A stretch of DNA of 63,416 nt, filler included, from Octopus bimaculoides (lineage: Eukaryota), in NCBI RefSeq assembly GCF_001194135.2. It is 3 parts of 3 records of this genome, joined end to end, with 100 filler letters (N's around TTAATTAATTAA, not from the genome) between each part and the next. Parts side by side here need not be neighbours in the genome. Positions count along the whole stretch, not along the records: positions 57,016 to 63,416 come from NC_068987.1; 2 more parts are not named here. One strand, written 5' to 3'. Below are positions 62,688-63,416 of the stretch, piece after piece. Position numbers and translations under genes: made by a program. The first letter of the stretch is position 1. Each line of letters begins with the position of its first letter. A model generated the notes under the pieces. The model saw only the letters and a list, made by a program, of their open reading frames with translations, searched no databases and had not been told where the DNA came from.

Positions 62688-63162
62688 GTATATATAAACT
62701 TACTTAATACAAATTCTGTGTGTGTGCTGCGTTCTATTACGTGATAAATGAAAAAATGTATAAACAAACGACGTAACGTATACTGAATGTAACAACGAAC
62801 GGGAAAAAAACACAAAGGCCATAATTCTTCATCAGTTATCGACCAATGGTACTGTTCAGTTTAGCACTTTTAACGATAAAATAAGCAAAACGACACAGAG
62901 TGTGATTCAGGACAGTGGACGAGGACAAACAGTCGAACAAAATACGGCCTTAGGGCGAAGGAAACTAGAATAGTGGGTAACGTTTAGAAAATGTTTTGAA
63001 GGATGTAGAACGGACAGGCAGAATTTGTGACGGGTCAGCTAAGGGACCAGTCTAAGAAAGGAAGAAAAAGAGGAATTTGTCGCGGGTCACGTGACAGCAG
63101 CAGGCAGAGGAAAAAGACAGCAGGAGAGGGAGCGACAGAGAAAAGACACACACACACACACA

Positions 63163-63201
<39 letters not shown>

Positions 63202-63416
63202 ATATTCACACACGCACACACACACACAGGCACACACGTAATCCATAATACACGCACGCACACAAATTTTGTCAAAATAATGGTCATAAATACTAAGATT
63301 CTATAATTTAAAAGGTTACACCAGAAAATTTTACATTTAGAATTTGACAGTTTGAAAAGCGTACGGCTATAATGATAAAAATAACACTTAAATATATAAA
63401 AAATAATAGGAATAAA

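Overview
AT-rich, gap-riddled eukaryotic DNA dominated by microsatellites and tRNA-derived SINEs. The repeat make-up suggests an octopod cephalopod (inference only). Two artificial 44N-TTAATTAATTAA-44N joins split the window into three segments: 1-31043, 31144-56915 and 57016-63416. Well-supported genes: the first three coding exons of non-lysosomal glucosylceramidase GBA2 (minus strand, continuing off the left edge) and an intact single-exon MARCH-type RING-CH E3 ligase (minus, 42392-43210). Weaker candidates: a plus-strand Cys-rich multi-exon gene head-to-head with GBA2, and a plus-strand SEA-like exon whose gene may host the MARCH ORF in an intron. Mobile DNA: Penelope-like, R4/Dong, RTE and CR1-like relics, a mariner derivative, MITEs, Helentron-type elements and many SINEs. 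Most striking signal: several long foldback palindromes whose arms carry minimal type I hammerhead ribozyme motifs. One looks intact (26407-26504) and the others are decayed. Second: a nest of R4/Dong-type 3' ends stacked in one (TAA)n tract. No tRNA genes, rRNA genes or CRISPR arrays were found.
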